Shown: positions 22,401-33,594 of the stretch, piece by piece
Numbering within the stretch: position 1 is the stretch's first letter
Layout: the number at the start of each line of letters is the position of its first letter
Source of the DNA: Macrostomum lignano
Taxonomy: Eukaryota
Direction: 5' to 3'
Length of the DNA: 64,000 nucleotides
Assembly (NCBI GenBank): GCA_002269645.1
Contig: NIVC01003816.1
Span: 1 to 64,000, forward strand
The notes under the pieces: generated by a model
What the model was told of the DNA's origin: nothing
The model's input: the letters and a program-made list of their open reading frames with translations, nothing else
Database searches by the model: none
Position numbers and translations under genes: made by a program

Positions 22401-25400
22401 GACAGATTCGTAGAGTGACAGACTCGTAGAGTGACAGATTCGTAGAGTGACAGACTCATAGAGTGACAGACTTGTAGAGTGACAGGCGACTCACCCGGCT
22501 GTCGTGGATGCCGACGATGTCAGACGCTTCGCCTTCGCCGACCATGAAGGCGGCGAGGTTGGCGGTGTAGCTGGCAATGAAGACGAGGCAGAACATGGCG
22601 TAGATATTCAGCAGGAAGCGGGCGCTCCAGCACTTTGGCGACTTAGTCTGCACCGTGTGCGAGAACAGCACAGACCAGGTGAGGGTCAGAGCGCTTGGGA
22701 AGCTGAACACCCGGCGCCGATTGCGGCCGTAGGGCGTCAGGCCGAACGGGCTGAGCCACTCGTAGATGACGGCGGCAACGGCGGCCACGTGGACGGTGGC
22801 CAGGATGCACATCCACATGAACAGGTCGAAGGGATAGAGGAAGCCAAATCTGGTCGCCCGGCCGCTGAGCTTCTCGGTTCGGTTAACCACGATTGACACC
22901 GAGGTCAGCAGGTAAGGGTCTGAGGTGAGAAAGTCGCGGCGCCAGTTTGCGTTGCTGACCACCTGAAACGTCGCGCGACTTTAATGTTATTTGAGGTGTA
23001 ATTTAACATCACGTGACTTGAATTGTCTTCAGGTGTGTACTTAAACCTCATGCGGTTTGATTTGTTTTTGAGTGTTATCTTGGAGCATGTACTTAAAAGT
23101 CACGTGACTTGATTTGTCTTGGAATATGTACTTTAACATCACGTGGCTTGATTTGTCTTGGAGTATGTACTTTAACATCACGTGGCTTGATTTGTCTTGG
23201 AGTGTGTACCTTGACATCACGTGACTTGATTTGTCTTGGAATATGTACTTTAACAACACGTGATTTGATTTGTCTTGGAGTATGTACTTTAACATCACGT
23301 GGCTTGATTTGTCTTGGAGCATGTACTTTAACATCAGGCGACTTGGGGCCTTTTCATATTGCTTGTTCTGGTTCCAGAACCAGAACCAATTTGTGAAGTA
23401 TAAATTTTTGTCTCCATAACTAGAGGGAGATACGTGCTATAACGTTTTTATTATTGAATGACAATCGCCAAGAAGAAAGTGAAAATTCGTGCAAAGTGAG
23501 GCTGTTAAGGCAGTCAAACATTTAACAGAATTTAATAGTTATACTGCTGTTTTTCTTGGAAGATCCGAACCGATTCTGATTCTGGAATTAGTAATATGAA
23601 AAGCCCGTTGATTTATCTTGGAGTGTGTACTTTAACATCACGTGACTTGATTTATCTTGTAGTATGTACTTTAACATAACTGAATTGATTTACTCGGATC
23701 TTGTAGTGTGTACTTTAACCTCACTTGACTTGTCTGTGAGATTTAGTTCTTTTTAGCATCGTGGGACTAAATACTTATAGTAGGTGTACTTCAAGATCGC
23801 GCGACGCAATACGCCAGGTATCACGTGAGAGAAAGGAATTTTATAACAGCAGTTTTAATACACAATTTAAAACTGTGCTATTAATCCTTGGACGGAGAGA
23901 TAGTAAATGCTTTCAGCAAAAAGCGATTGTCTATAAAATTTCAGGCAGGAAACTTACGGAAGCCCCGAGGCCTTACTGGGATAAGTTGAGGGATGATAAT
24001 TTCAAGAATTTGCTGCCTCATCCTCATCTTGCATGGCGTCCTCCGAGCTGAGGCGAAAGGCAATTTAGCTTGAGTCGGAAACTGCAGCTGTACCTGGGTG
24101 TTTAGAAGGACTCCTATCGCCTCATCTGCCGTTATGACTGTGGGATAGGCAAGATTCTTCGCCTTGGAAAAAACACCCCAGACCGGACAACTCTTTTTCT
24201 GGTCTGTAAGGTCACCCCGGGCCGGAAAGGCAAGAAGAGCTGCCGCGCGGTCTTTTAGCTAAATATTTCGAGCGTGCTGATCCTGTCGAGTTCGAGTGTC
24301 TTAGTATTGATTCATGTTTATATAGCGAACTTTAGCTTCAAGCTGCCGGATGGTTGGCAGAGTTGTTCTTGACTGATTGATATCCTTATAGCAGCAGATA
24401 TATTATTTTAGTAGCCTATTGGGTGAGACAGGTTAAACTTCTAGCTTATGCAGAGCCTTTCCTGTCCCATTAGCTCTGATCGAAGAGTAGCTAACAGAGT
24501 GACACTGACCACTGTCATGTCATAGAAGATAGTGCTGGCCAGGCCCAAGTGAGGAGTAAATACGATTCTGTAGTCTATGGCCTGGCCCATGTGAGTAATA
24601 AATACGATTCTGTAGTCTATGGCCTGGCCCAAACGATGAATAAATACGATTCTGTAGTCTATGGCCTGGCCCAAGTGAGGAGTAAATACGATTCTGTAGT
24701 CTATGGCCTGGCCCAAACGATGAATAAATACGATTCTGTAGTCTATTGCCTGGCCCAAGTGAGGAGTAAATACGATTCTGTAGTCTATTGCCCGGCCCAA
24801 GTGAGTAATAATGACGATTCTGTAGTCTATGGCCTGGCCCAAGTAAGGAGTAAATACGATTCTGTAGTCTATGGCCTGGCCCAAACGATGAATAAATACG
24901 ATTCTGTAGTCTATGGCCTGGCCCAAGTAAGGAGTAAATACGATTCTGTAGTCTATGGCCTGGCCCAAACGATGAATAAATACGATTCTGTAGTCTATGG
25001 CCTGGCCCAAGTGAGGAGTAAATACGATTGTGTAGTCTATGGCCTGGCCCAAATGAGGAATAAATACGATTATGTAGTCTATGCCCTGGCCCAAGTGAGT
25101 AATAAATACGATTCTGTAGTCTATGGCTGGCCCAAGTGAGTAATAAATATACGGTTCTGTAGTCTATGGCCTGGCCCAAGTGAGTAATAAATACGATTCT
25201 GTAGTCTATGGCCAGGCCCAAGTGAGTAATAAATACGATTCTGTAGTCTATGGCCAGGCCCAAGTGAGGAATAAATACGATTGTGTAGTCTATGGCCTGG
25301 CCCAAGTGAGTAATAAATACGATTCAAGATACGAGTCAAGATACGATTCAAGTAAGCCCAATCAAGTATGCGGAGCTGTATATATATACTGTAGACTAGG

Positions 25401-28400
25401 AGGAAACCTTCCTGTCCAGATGCTTGCTAGAGAGGGGGTCCATGGTTTAGGCTAACAACTTGTTTGTCTATGGCTCGAGCTGACTGGAAAACTTGGCCAG
25501 AGGATTAAATGAGACAAAAGCAACGCTGACCAGATTGAGCTCAGATGTGCAGCCCAGCTTACCCATTTGTCACACCTCGCTATACTGCTGCAGTTTGCTG
25601 CACAATATAGCTGAGAATGATTGCTTTAACAGAATTATTAATTATAATTATTCCATGCAATTGGCTGCTTCAGAGCTTTCACATTTTCCGTTGCTTTACG
25701 TATAGTAGAGCTATTTAATATTCGAGCTCTCTCTCTCTCTCTCTCTATTCGAGTCGGCCCAACCTTGAATCCTGGACGGGGGTGGAAAGGAAATGGAAAG
25801 CCACTCCAGAGCGCGTCTTCAGTGAGCGCTCAGGCAATAGAGCTTCTTGGGTGTTGCATAGGGGTGAGCAGATCAAGCTGCTTGAGTCCTGCAGTCAGTT
25901 CGGTCAGAAATTGGCGATGACTGAGATGGAACTGGGAGAGCCATACATAGGAAGCCAATTGAGTAGCTACCCTGACCAATGGATACTCCAACTCAGTTGG
26001 CAGGCAGAAGTTAACATTCCCGTATGAATAATGAAATCAGGGCGCTGATTAAACAATATCCTGGCAGAATTCATGACTAATGGAATATTTTTGATACAGA
26101 CTGTGGGTAGCTGTGAAGCTTAAACAAATTACTGATCACCTGTAGAATCCTCATGCAGTAAGACAAATTCTTGGCTTCCACGTAAATCTTAAAGCTGGCT
26201 TAAAGCCTGGAGTCCTGATAAAAAACTAGGACTCAAGGACAAGCCTAAAACTCACGGAAACACTTGGTACCCAGGCCAAACTTTGTTACCTAGGGACAAA
26301 CCTAGAGGTCAAGGACAAACTCAGTAGGTACCCTATGAAAAACCTAGGACCTATTGAAAATGCCTAGAACCCCAGCACAGACTCAGTGCCCCAGCACAAA
26401 CTCAGAGCCACAGCACAAACTCAGTGCCCCAGCACAAACTCAGTGCCTCAGCACAAACTCAGTGCCCCAGCACAAACTCAGTGCCTCAGCACAAACTCAG
26501 TGCCACAGCACAAACTCAGTGCCACAGCACAAACTCAGAGCCACAGCACAAACTCAGTGCCCCAACACAAACTCAGTGCCACAGCACAAACTCAGTGCCA
26601 CAGCACAAACTCAGTACCCCAGCACAAACTCAGAGCCACAGCACAAACTCAGTGCCACAGCACAAACCTTTGACCCGAGAGCAATGTTGGCCCTCTCGCT
26701 TTTGAGCTCCTGCGCCAGGCAGTTGTCCGCGGAGACGCAGCAGCCACCTTTTGGAAAGACGCGCACGTCGGCAACCTGAATGACGGTGGGCAGGTGGTCG
26801 CAGAGCTCCTTCTGCTGTTGGAGTGCCTTCTGACTGAACATCTTCTCGCACTGCAGCTGCACAGGGAACTGGATGCTGAGGTAGATGAAGTCGATGGCGA
26901 TGCCGAAACAGCAGCGCTGCCGCGGCTCCTCGGTGCCGTTCGGACGCAGCAGAGTGCAGGCCATGCCGTGCTTGCACTCCCAGCGCGACTCGCTCGGCTC
27001 GCCGCTAAACTCCTTGATCCGGACCAGCGGGTCCTCCTCGTTGAGGGTGAACACCAGCTCGATGTTCTTCTGCCTGACCTGAACCGCGCCTTGGTGAGTG
27101 CTGGACCAAGTGGCCTCAAATTCCAGAGTAGCGATCCAGCGCAGGCCAGCCATGGGTTGGTCGTACTTCTGCGGCAGTGCCACCCCATGCAGCAGTTTGC
27201 GCAGGTTGTAGAACCCGGTGGGCAGCACCGGCTGCTGCTGCGAGGATCTTGCACTCGCATTGCAGGCAAACTTTGGGCAGCTAAATGCTCTGTGAAGGGT
27301 TATAGTAATAGTATTTTATCGATATGGAAATATGGATTCATCCTAGCAATGTCAGTGCCAGTTGAAATTGATTTTATTCAAGCATAATTTATTCCACAAA
27401 AAGTGATGATGTTCTATAAATTGGACATTGGTCAACGGTCCCAGAAGAAATTGCGACTGCATTACTGACCTCCTGGCCAGCCACCATCCATCAAACAGGA
27501 TAAATTTGATTAGTGTGCGAGAGTCGCCTTCGCAAGTATCTGCAATGCAAAACCAAAGGACTACTACCCGGTATGTCAGGACGCTACACTTAAATATCGT
27601 GTAATTATTTCGAAGGCCGATTTCCACGAAAACATACACTGCGGAGATAGGAAATAATCATTTTTTCGTCACAAAAACAATGATTGCATTTGATCTGGGA
27701 TGCTGAAGATTATCACTCTTTTAATTTAGCATGGACAGCATGTTACTCTGATGTTAGTGAAAGTTTTATTTTCATATCGCTTTTTACTTTATTTTCCTAT
27801 TATTCTTCTTAATATTGTTTGTATACTGCAAATTTGAATGGGATTGAAATGGAATTACACCCACAATAATGGCTTAAGAGCATTAATGCCTGCATGCAAC
27901 ATTTTTATTACAAATATAATTCTTTGTAAAAATGGAGTGTTGCGTCCTGATATACTGGAGTGGTCCTTGAGCGAAACCTTACATAAAGCATTCTTTGCGT
28001 TGCAAATCTCATGGTCCTACCGCTTCCCATTTGAAAGATTTTCCAATCGAAACCTGTTGATTGAACAAATATGATCTTTTATCAGCTTATACTTGTGCAC
28101 TAATGCGATCCTGTGACATGTATCTAGTACAGGCTCTCTGAGGCGAAACGCGTGTGTATGGCTCAGTAAAAATATTCAGCCCCGTCCATTTTTGACTCAT
28201 TTCTACTCTGAACCCGAACAGATGCAGGCGAGTCTTTCAACACTCTGTCTCTCTCCTTCCCCAGCTTGTAGCCAGGCGACCAGAACGTGAAGGGGCCGAA
28301 CGTGCACAAGAGAGAATTGCTTGACAGTTAGTGATGAAGTGAGACAAGGGGACTAGGATTATGAATCATAATTTATACTGCTAGACTCGTGATACTGCCA

Positions 28401-30619
28401 CAGACGTGCAAACTCAACCAGCACCAGCCTCACCTGATGGTGCTCTCATAGTGCTTGCTCAGCAACCGTCGGCAAGTCGCCAAATCCTCCGAGCACCTCG
28501 CCGGCAGCAGCTGACCTGTCGCCGCCTCCTCCTTCAGCTCCTTCAGCTCCTTCAGCTCCAGCTGCCTCGCCCTGGCATAGGCGATGTGCAGCTGCTGGGA
28601 GCTGGCCATGAACTTCAGCAGCAGCACGGACACCAGGGTGCTGAGCTTACTAATGTGCTTCTTCTGCTCATCGTAGTACTGCTCCTGCTTCTGCTCGTCA
28701 ACGTGCGGCCCGAACACGTGTGCCACAGTGCTGGGGCTGCTGCTGAAGTACCTCAGCTGCATCTGGCCGGCGGTCGTCTCGAACATCGCCTCCATCGCGG
28801 ATGACTCCACGAACACGTGCAACCGTTCGTCGGCTGGAATTTTCAGCTGACGTCGAAATGCGTCCAGCGCAGTAGTGGCCAGGTGTGCGGCTCCGATGTG
28901 GAACAGCACGAACTGCTGCAGCTCCGAGCCGTCCTCCTCATCCTCAGCATCACCTTCTACCCGATCTTCATCCGCCACAGCCTCGGATGAGAACAGCTTA
29001 GCCCGCGTTCGCATGTCAACAACTGGATCTCCAGTGAATGCGCGAACCTGGTGGCTGAACAGGTGTCGCTGCAGGTGTCTGCTAATTAATTGGAAACAGT
29101 CGGAGGCCACTATTGCTACGTACTTGTAGACTCGCCTTCTGCTGAGCAGGTAGGCGAGTAGAACGCGGGCATCGTTGCAGGTGTTGTCCTCCACGGGGAC
29201 GTATTGGAAGTGCTTTTGCTGCAATTTCAACATTTCATTCAGTGTTATGTTACATAGGATCGTTTGATGACAGAGTTTGCCAAGTGTCCCAGCGTCCCAG
29301 TGTCCCAGTGTCCCAGTGTTTCAGTGTCTCAGTGTCCCAATGTCCCAGTGTCTCAGTGTCCCAGTGTCCCAGTGTCCCAGTGTTTCAGTGTCTCAGTGTC
29401 CCAATGTCCCAGTGTCTCAGTGTCCCAGTGTCCCAGTGTCTCAGTGTCTCAGTGTCCCAGTGTCCCAGTGTCCCAGTGTCCCAGTGTCCCAGTGTTCCAA
29501 TGTCTCAGTGTTTCAGTGTCCCAGTGTCCCAGTGTCCCAGTGTTCCAGTGTCCCAGTGTTCCAATGTCTCAGTGTCCCAGTGTCCCAGTGTCCCAGTGTT
29601 CCAATGTCTCAGTGTTTCAGTGTCCCAGTGTCCCAGTGTCCCAGTGTTCCAATGTCCCAGTATCCCAGTGTCCCATGCAGTGTCCCAGTGTCTCAGTGTC
29701 CCAATTTCCCAGTGTCCCAGTGTCCCAGTGTCCCAGTGTTCCAGTGTCTCAGTGTTTCAGTGTCCCAGTGTCCCAGTGTTCCAGTGTCCCAGTATCCCAG
29801 TGTCCCAGTATCCCAGTGTCCCATGCAGTGTCCCAGTGTCTCAGTGTCCCAATGTCCCAGTGTCCCAGTGTTCCAGTGTCTCAGTGTTTCAGTGTCCCAG
29901 TGTCCCAGTGTCCCAGTGTCCCAGTGTCCCAGTGTCCCTGTGTCTCAGTGTCTCAGTGTCTCAATGTCCCAGTGTCCCAGTGTCCCAGTGTTCCAGTGTC
30001 CCAGTGTCCCAGTGTCCCAGTGTCTCAGTGTCTCAGTGTCCCAATGTCCAAATGTCCCAGTGTCCCAGTGTCCCAGTGTCCCAGTGTCCCAGTGTCCCAG
30101 TGTCCCAGTGTCTCAGTGTCTCAATGTCTCAATGTTCCAGAATCTAGCTCTAAGATTCCTCACTTCTCTATGAAAATTCAGGAATATATTATGTATAGTG
30201 TGAGCAAAAGTGAAGATTTGTCAATGTCTCACCAGCTCGGCCGAGTTCGGCAAGTCCACCAGCCGGTTGCCAACGCAGACAACGCGAAGTAGATTGCAGG
30301 CGAGCACCAGCTGAGCGGACATGGTTGGCGACAGCACCGCCACCACGGACTGCGAATCGATGACGCTGACAAGATTAGTGAGCTCGCTGTCCGGCACCAT
30401 GACAGAGTCGGGCTGGAACTCCGCCCCGACCGCGTGCTGCAGATCGCGAACTCGCTTGGTGAGAAACCTGGCGTAGAACTCGGTCCTCTCTGGGGACAGC
30501 TGGCGCAGCTGCGACATGTCCAGCACCATCAGCGTCTTCAGCGACTTCAGCGGCGTCGGCGACTGCTGCTGCGCCTCGAAGGCTTGCAGAAAAAGCACCA
30601 GCTGCACCAGCAGCCGCAT
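10438..30619 (-). CDS. GRIN3: Divergent NMDA-type ionotropic glutamate receptor subunit, GluN3-like, ~1170 aa
   Basis: Phase-consistent exons: 30619-30233 (signal peptide MRLLVQLVLFLQAFEA, ATD), 29218-28434, 28319-28207 (tentative), optional 28053-28021, 27539-27470, 27289-26668 (S1: EEDPLV, C..G.AC, RCCFGIAIDF), 22962-22495 (PFDLFMW M1, FSFPSAL M2, SPKCWSARFL, SYTANLAAFMVGE M3), 19789-19656 (GTVRGS), 18102-17832 (AFLYDT, VGKPF, WTKVVP), 16213-16082 (M4), 13574-13492, 10888-10438. The total is divisible by 3. Confidence 0.88.
11075..11780. repeat. 31-bp minisatellite (aatcagagaaatgcatcaagtctcacagctt) in the last receptor intron
   Basis: Direct reading. There are two sub-variants (tgcatcaag, then tggcactgaaa). 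Confidence 0.96.
12300..13180. repeat. Purine-rich ~21-24-bp minisatellite (gagatgtg[ct]agaa[gc]aaggga)
   Basis: Direct reading. It is the source of the spurious ORFs at 12240-13262. Confidence 0.95.
13745..14500. repeat. Minisatellite of alternating cccctagtggaa / ccccttgtagaa units
   Basis: Direct reading. Confidence 0.95.
15148..15850. repeat. Polypyrimidine minisatellite (ctccctctccc[g/aag/tag])
   Basis: Direct reading. It is G-rich on the receptor sense strand. Confidence 0.95.
16240..16980. repeat. 22-23-bp minisatellite (gactccagcacattc[c/t]c[t]cac[c/tgt])
   Basis: Direct reading. It starts ~30 bp from the acceptor of the M4 exon. Confidence 0.95.
17642..17745 (-). mobile_element. 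SINE core fragment (same family as 56975-57528 and 63585-63948)
   Basis: gtacagcagccctgactttctaatggtcaagcatgtacactctctgtgccttggggg.ttggccctcatg aligns with both other copies. Confidence 0.75.
18225..19605. repeat. 55-bp minisatellite, ~25 copies, filling ~90% of a receptor intron
   Basis: Unit gaagccattggaagtcacaaggtgtccactgcgccgccccaaaacacaaccgtta. Confidence 0.97.
20030..20670. repeat. 21-bp minisatellite (ctat[g/a]cccattcacccataga)
   Basis: Direct reading. Confidence 0.95.
21085..21720. repeat. 14-bp minisatellite (tctctgtctccccc)
   Basis: Direct reading. Confidence 0.96.
22250..22494. repeat. 16-bp minisatellite (gagtgacaga[t/c]tcgta) abutting a 5' splice site
   Basis: Direct reading. 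It decays with distance from the donor at 22494. Confidence 0.9.
22990..23730. repeat. 39-bp minisatellite (aacatcacgtg[a/g]cttgatttgtcttggagtatgtacttt) in two blocks
   Basis: Blocks at ~22990-23345 and ~23600-23730. Confidence 0.9.
24540..25320. repeat. 42-bp minisatellite (tacgattctgtagtctatggcctggcccaagtgaggagtaaa)
   Basis: Direct reading. Confidence 0.96.
26370..26667. repeat. 19-bp minisatellite (cagcacaaactcagtgc[c/a]c) starting exactly at the intron GT
   Basis: The sense strand reads AAG|GTTTGTGCTGTGGCACTGA-GTTTGTGCTG... Confidence 0.93.
29280..30140. repeat. 8-bp microsatellite-like array (cccagtgt / ctcagtgt)
   Basis: Direct reading. Confidence 0.96.
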
Positions 30620-31233
30620 CGCAGAAGAACTGCTGCTGCAGGATGGGGAGTAAAATTTTTGCACTGCTTGCCGGAGCTGCCAGCTGCCAGCTGTTGGCGA
30701 GATGAGGCAGAACAAAATAAGCAATAAATGTAGACTGACCGATAACGGTGGAACTTCTTCGGGAACCTCGGGAACTGTTGTGAGCCCGCCTGATTGGCCA
30801 GTGCGTTGCGGCCCAGTGGCCTCCCAGAGATTGCAGCAATGCGTTCACGGAGCAGAAATTGGGGAGGGGGCACAGAAAACAGGGGGTAGTTGAGCCCGGC
30901 GTGGATAGAAGCATTTTTAGCCGGTTTTAGGTAGCTGGGGGAGAAATTTTAATTTCTGCACCCGACTAAAAGCGTGAGGAGGTAGGCGTATTGACAGAGA
31001 AGCAGTTATTTCTTGCACAAATCGCTGATGTCTCGAGGCTTGTATCAGATGTCAGAACTGATCAGGACTGCAGGTTGCCGCTGCTAAAAAATTGTGCTTT
31101 GGGGGAATCAGATTGAAATTTCCAGCCACGTGTGACATCGGCTTTTGCTGTATTTTGGGGCAATCTAGAATTCGACATGGATTATGGACTGCCTGGTGGC
31201 TGCAGAAGAGTGTTTTGTCCTGAAATGAACTGG

Positions 31234-31603
<370 letters not shown>

Positions 31604-32844
31604 ACAGTCCTCAGTCATTCTATAATTTAGCAAGCAGGCTCTCAGCGCTGAAGGAGCTTCGAGGATCCCGTATCAAATCCCCCCATAAATGATCAATACA
31701 TCTGATGGCCCACTTGCGGCAGTATCAGAGAAGACAGTTATGGATCTTTGAGTCTCCAATGCTGAGGCATTCGATCGTAAAATGAAAATACGGGTTTTAT
31801 AGAAAGGCTTCCCAAAACAGCAGCACGCCGGTCTGCTCCGAGTGGAAGAAAAAACAAGATTACTTGCTTTTAGGGGAGTTTCGCCTGCGGTTCCCGTGGG
31901 GCCTGACTGCTCGAGGGGCCCGGCAAGTGAGGCGGAAAACTACCCCTACATGCATAGCTATCAGTGTATCAAGCACATCCAAGCAGTCAAACTCTGCTTA
32001 TCCGTCACAGGTCTCTCCCATGAACCCGTGGATTATAGACAGCTATCAGATCTGGATACAGTAGCCAGGGCCTAAACAGTCAAATATGGGAAATGCAATA
32101 GTAATGTGTAACTAAAACAATGGTGCGACCTAATTCTACTTTGATTTTTCTATTAAAAAACCATTGGACAATTGAAATATCCTGCGAATACTTATGCACA
32201 GTAAGGTGAGAACATAATTTTCAAGTTCTGTCAAATGCATTGCATAGAAATTGCACAGGCATGATACCTGATAGCTTTACATAATTTTTCATCTTGAGCT
32301 TAGTGCACTTTTATGCAAAATCTTACGAAGGTTTCCTTGCATGAACTTGCCACAATATTTAAACTGTTTCGTGCGAACAGCTTACTTTACTGTTAGTAGT
32401 ATAGTCGAATTTCAAGTGACTTCACAAAAATATTAATACAATGAATGCACTGGCGACCACTGAACGAGCAAAACTTAAACGAGCAAGGCGAAGCTGATTG
32501 TAAACCACCAATTTCTATACATTTTTAAAATACTCGTAGTTCTCAATGTTTCTTACAAGGACCACTGTAGTAGACTGTAGGTCCTTGGTTCCTTAATCGA
32601 AGTCCGTAGTTGCGTTTACTTTGAAATGTTACAGTATTTTGCGTAGCTAGTTATTTATAAACAACTAGTCTGTTAAAACAAGTTTATTAAATTAATTTGT
32701 TCCAGAACGAACTTCTGCCGTTCCAAAATGAGCAAAACAGATTGCTTCTTTTTTATTCATTGAGAACGTAAAAGTGTAAAGTTTGTAGAGCATTCTCCGC
32801 TCCACCGCCAAACCGGTTCTGGCTGACTAGTTGCCAAAGTTGCA

Positions 32845-32950
32845 AACAACCCAATAGCCAATCAGCTAGAGGGCAGAGAATGGCTTTTGGGGTGGGTGCG
32901 ACAAGGATAGAAAGTTAAAAATTTCACGCGAGGCCGCCAGCCAATCAGCG
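32845..32950. promoter_or_regulatory. CCAAT-box cluster, possible promoter region between SLC13 and the receptor gene
   Basis: cccaatagccaatcag and agccaatcagc in a CpG-containing island. No transcript evidence is available. Confidence 0.25.
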
Positions 32951-33594
32951 CAGAGAGAAGCTCCAACACTGTGTTAGGGCACAGAGGTGGGAACAGCTAA
33001 GCTAGTGTTCTTTTTATTAGAAGCGATTAGGTAATAGGGGCTGTTTTTGAGCGAGCAGTTGGAGTACTTGAGATTCTATCGTCAATACAAGTCTATATCT
33101 CCAATTCACCCAGCAGCAGCACACCAGCCACACGGTCAGCCACTCCAGTCAAAATCTACGCTTGTACACCGGCAGTTTTTCGGCTCCAGTCTAAAGGTCT
33201 CGAGGCCAAGGTGCTCCATCATGCGCTTAAATCATCAAAACATTTTATTATGCACTTTTCTGACGCTAGGTAATGACTGCAAAAGAGATTTCGTCACAAG
33301 AATGATTTTAAACGATCAAAAATCGACTACTTCTTATTTGCTAACAGCTGGCAGCTATTAAAATTTAAATTATTACCTGGGTGGGAGGGTAACAGACTAG
33401 GTGACAAACTAGTAATAAACGAACTTTAACTTTTCATCTCTTAAGGAAAAAAATTTTTTGACGCAAAATGCTTAAGCCAAAATCGGCATCCCTTTGAGCT
33501 TCGGCATCAAAGCATCTGAGCAACCCTAATGAGCAACCCCAATGAGCAACCCCAATGAGCAACCCCAATGAGCCTTGACATCTTAGTAATTAGT

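Noticed and set aside
23940-24320. GC-richer island with a short minus-strand open frame (CPVWGVFSKAKNLAYPTV..)
   Set aside because: No domain motif, splice support or element termini were found.
25828-26030. Minus-strand open stretch LEYPLVRVATQLASYVWLSQF..*
   Set aside because: It has no in-phase acceptor, no recognisable motif, and is not needed by the receptor model.
26611-30724. ORFs 26611-27228, 28430-29233 and 30221-30724 as a separate ROCO/RNF213-like gene
   Set aside because: The signal peptide, ATD-like segment and S1 motifs (EEDPLV, RCCFGIAIDF, ANIA) splice in phase to the M1-M3 exon, so they belong to the NMDA-type receptor.
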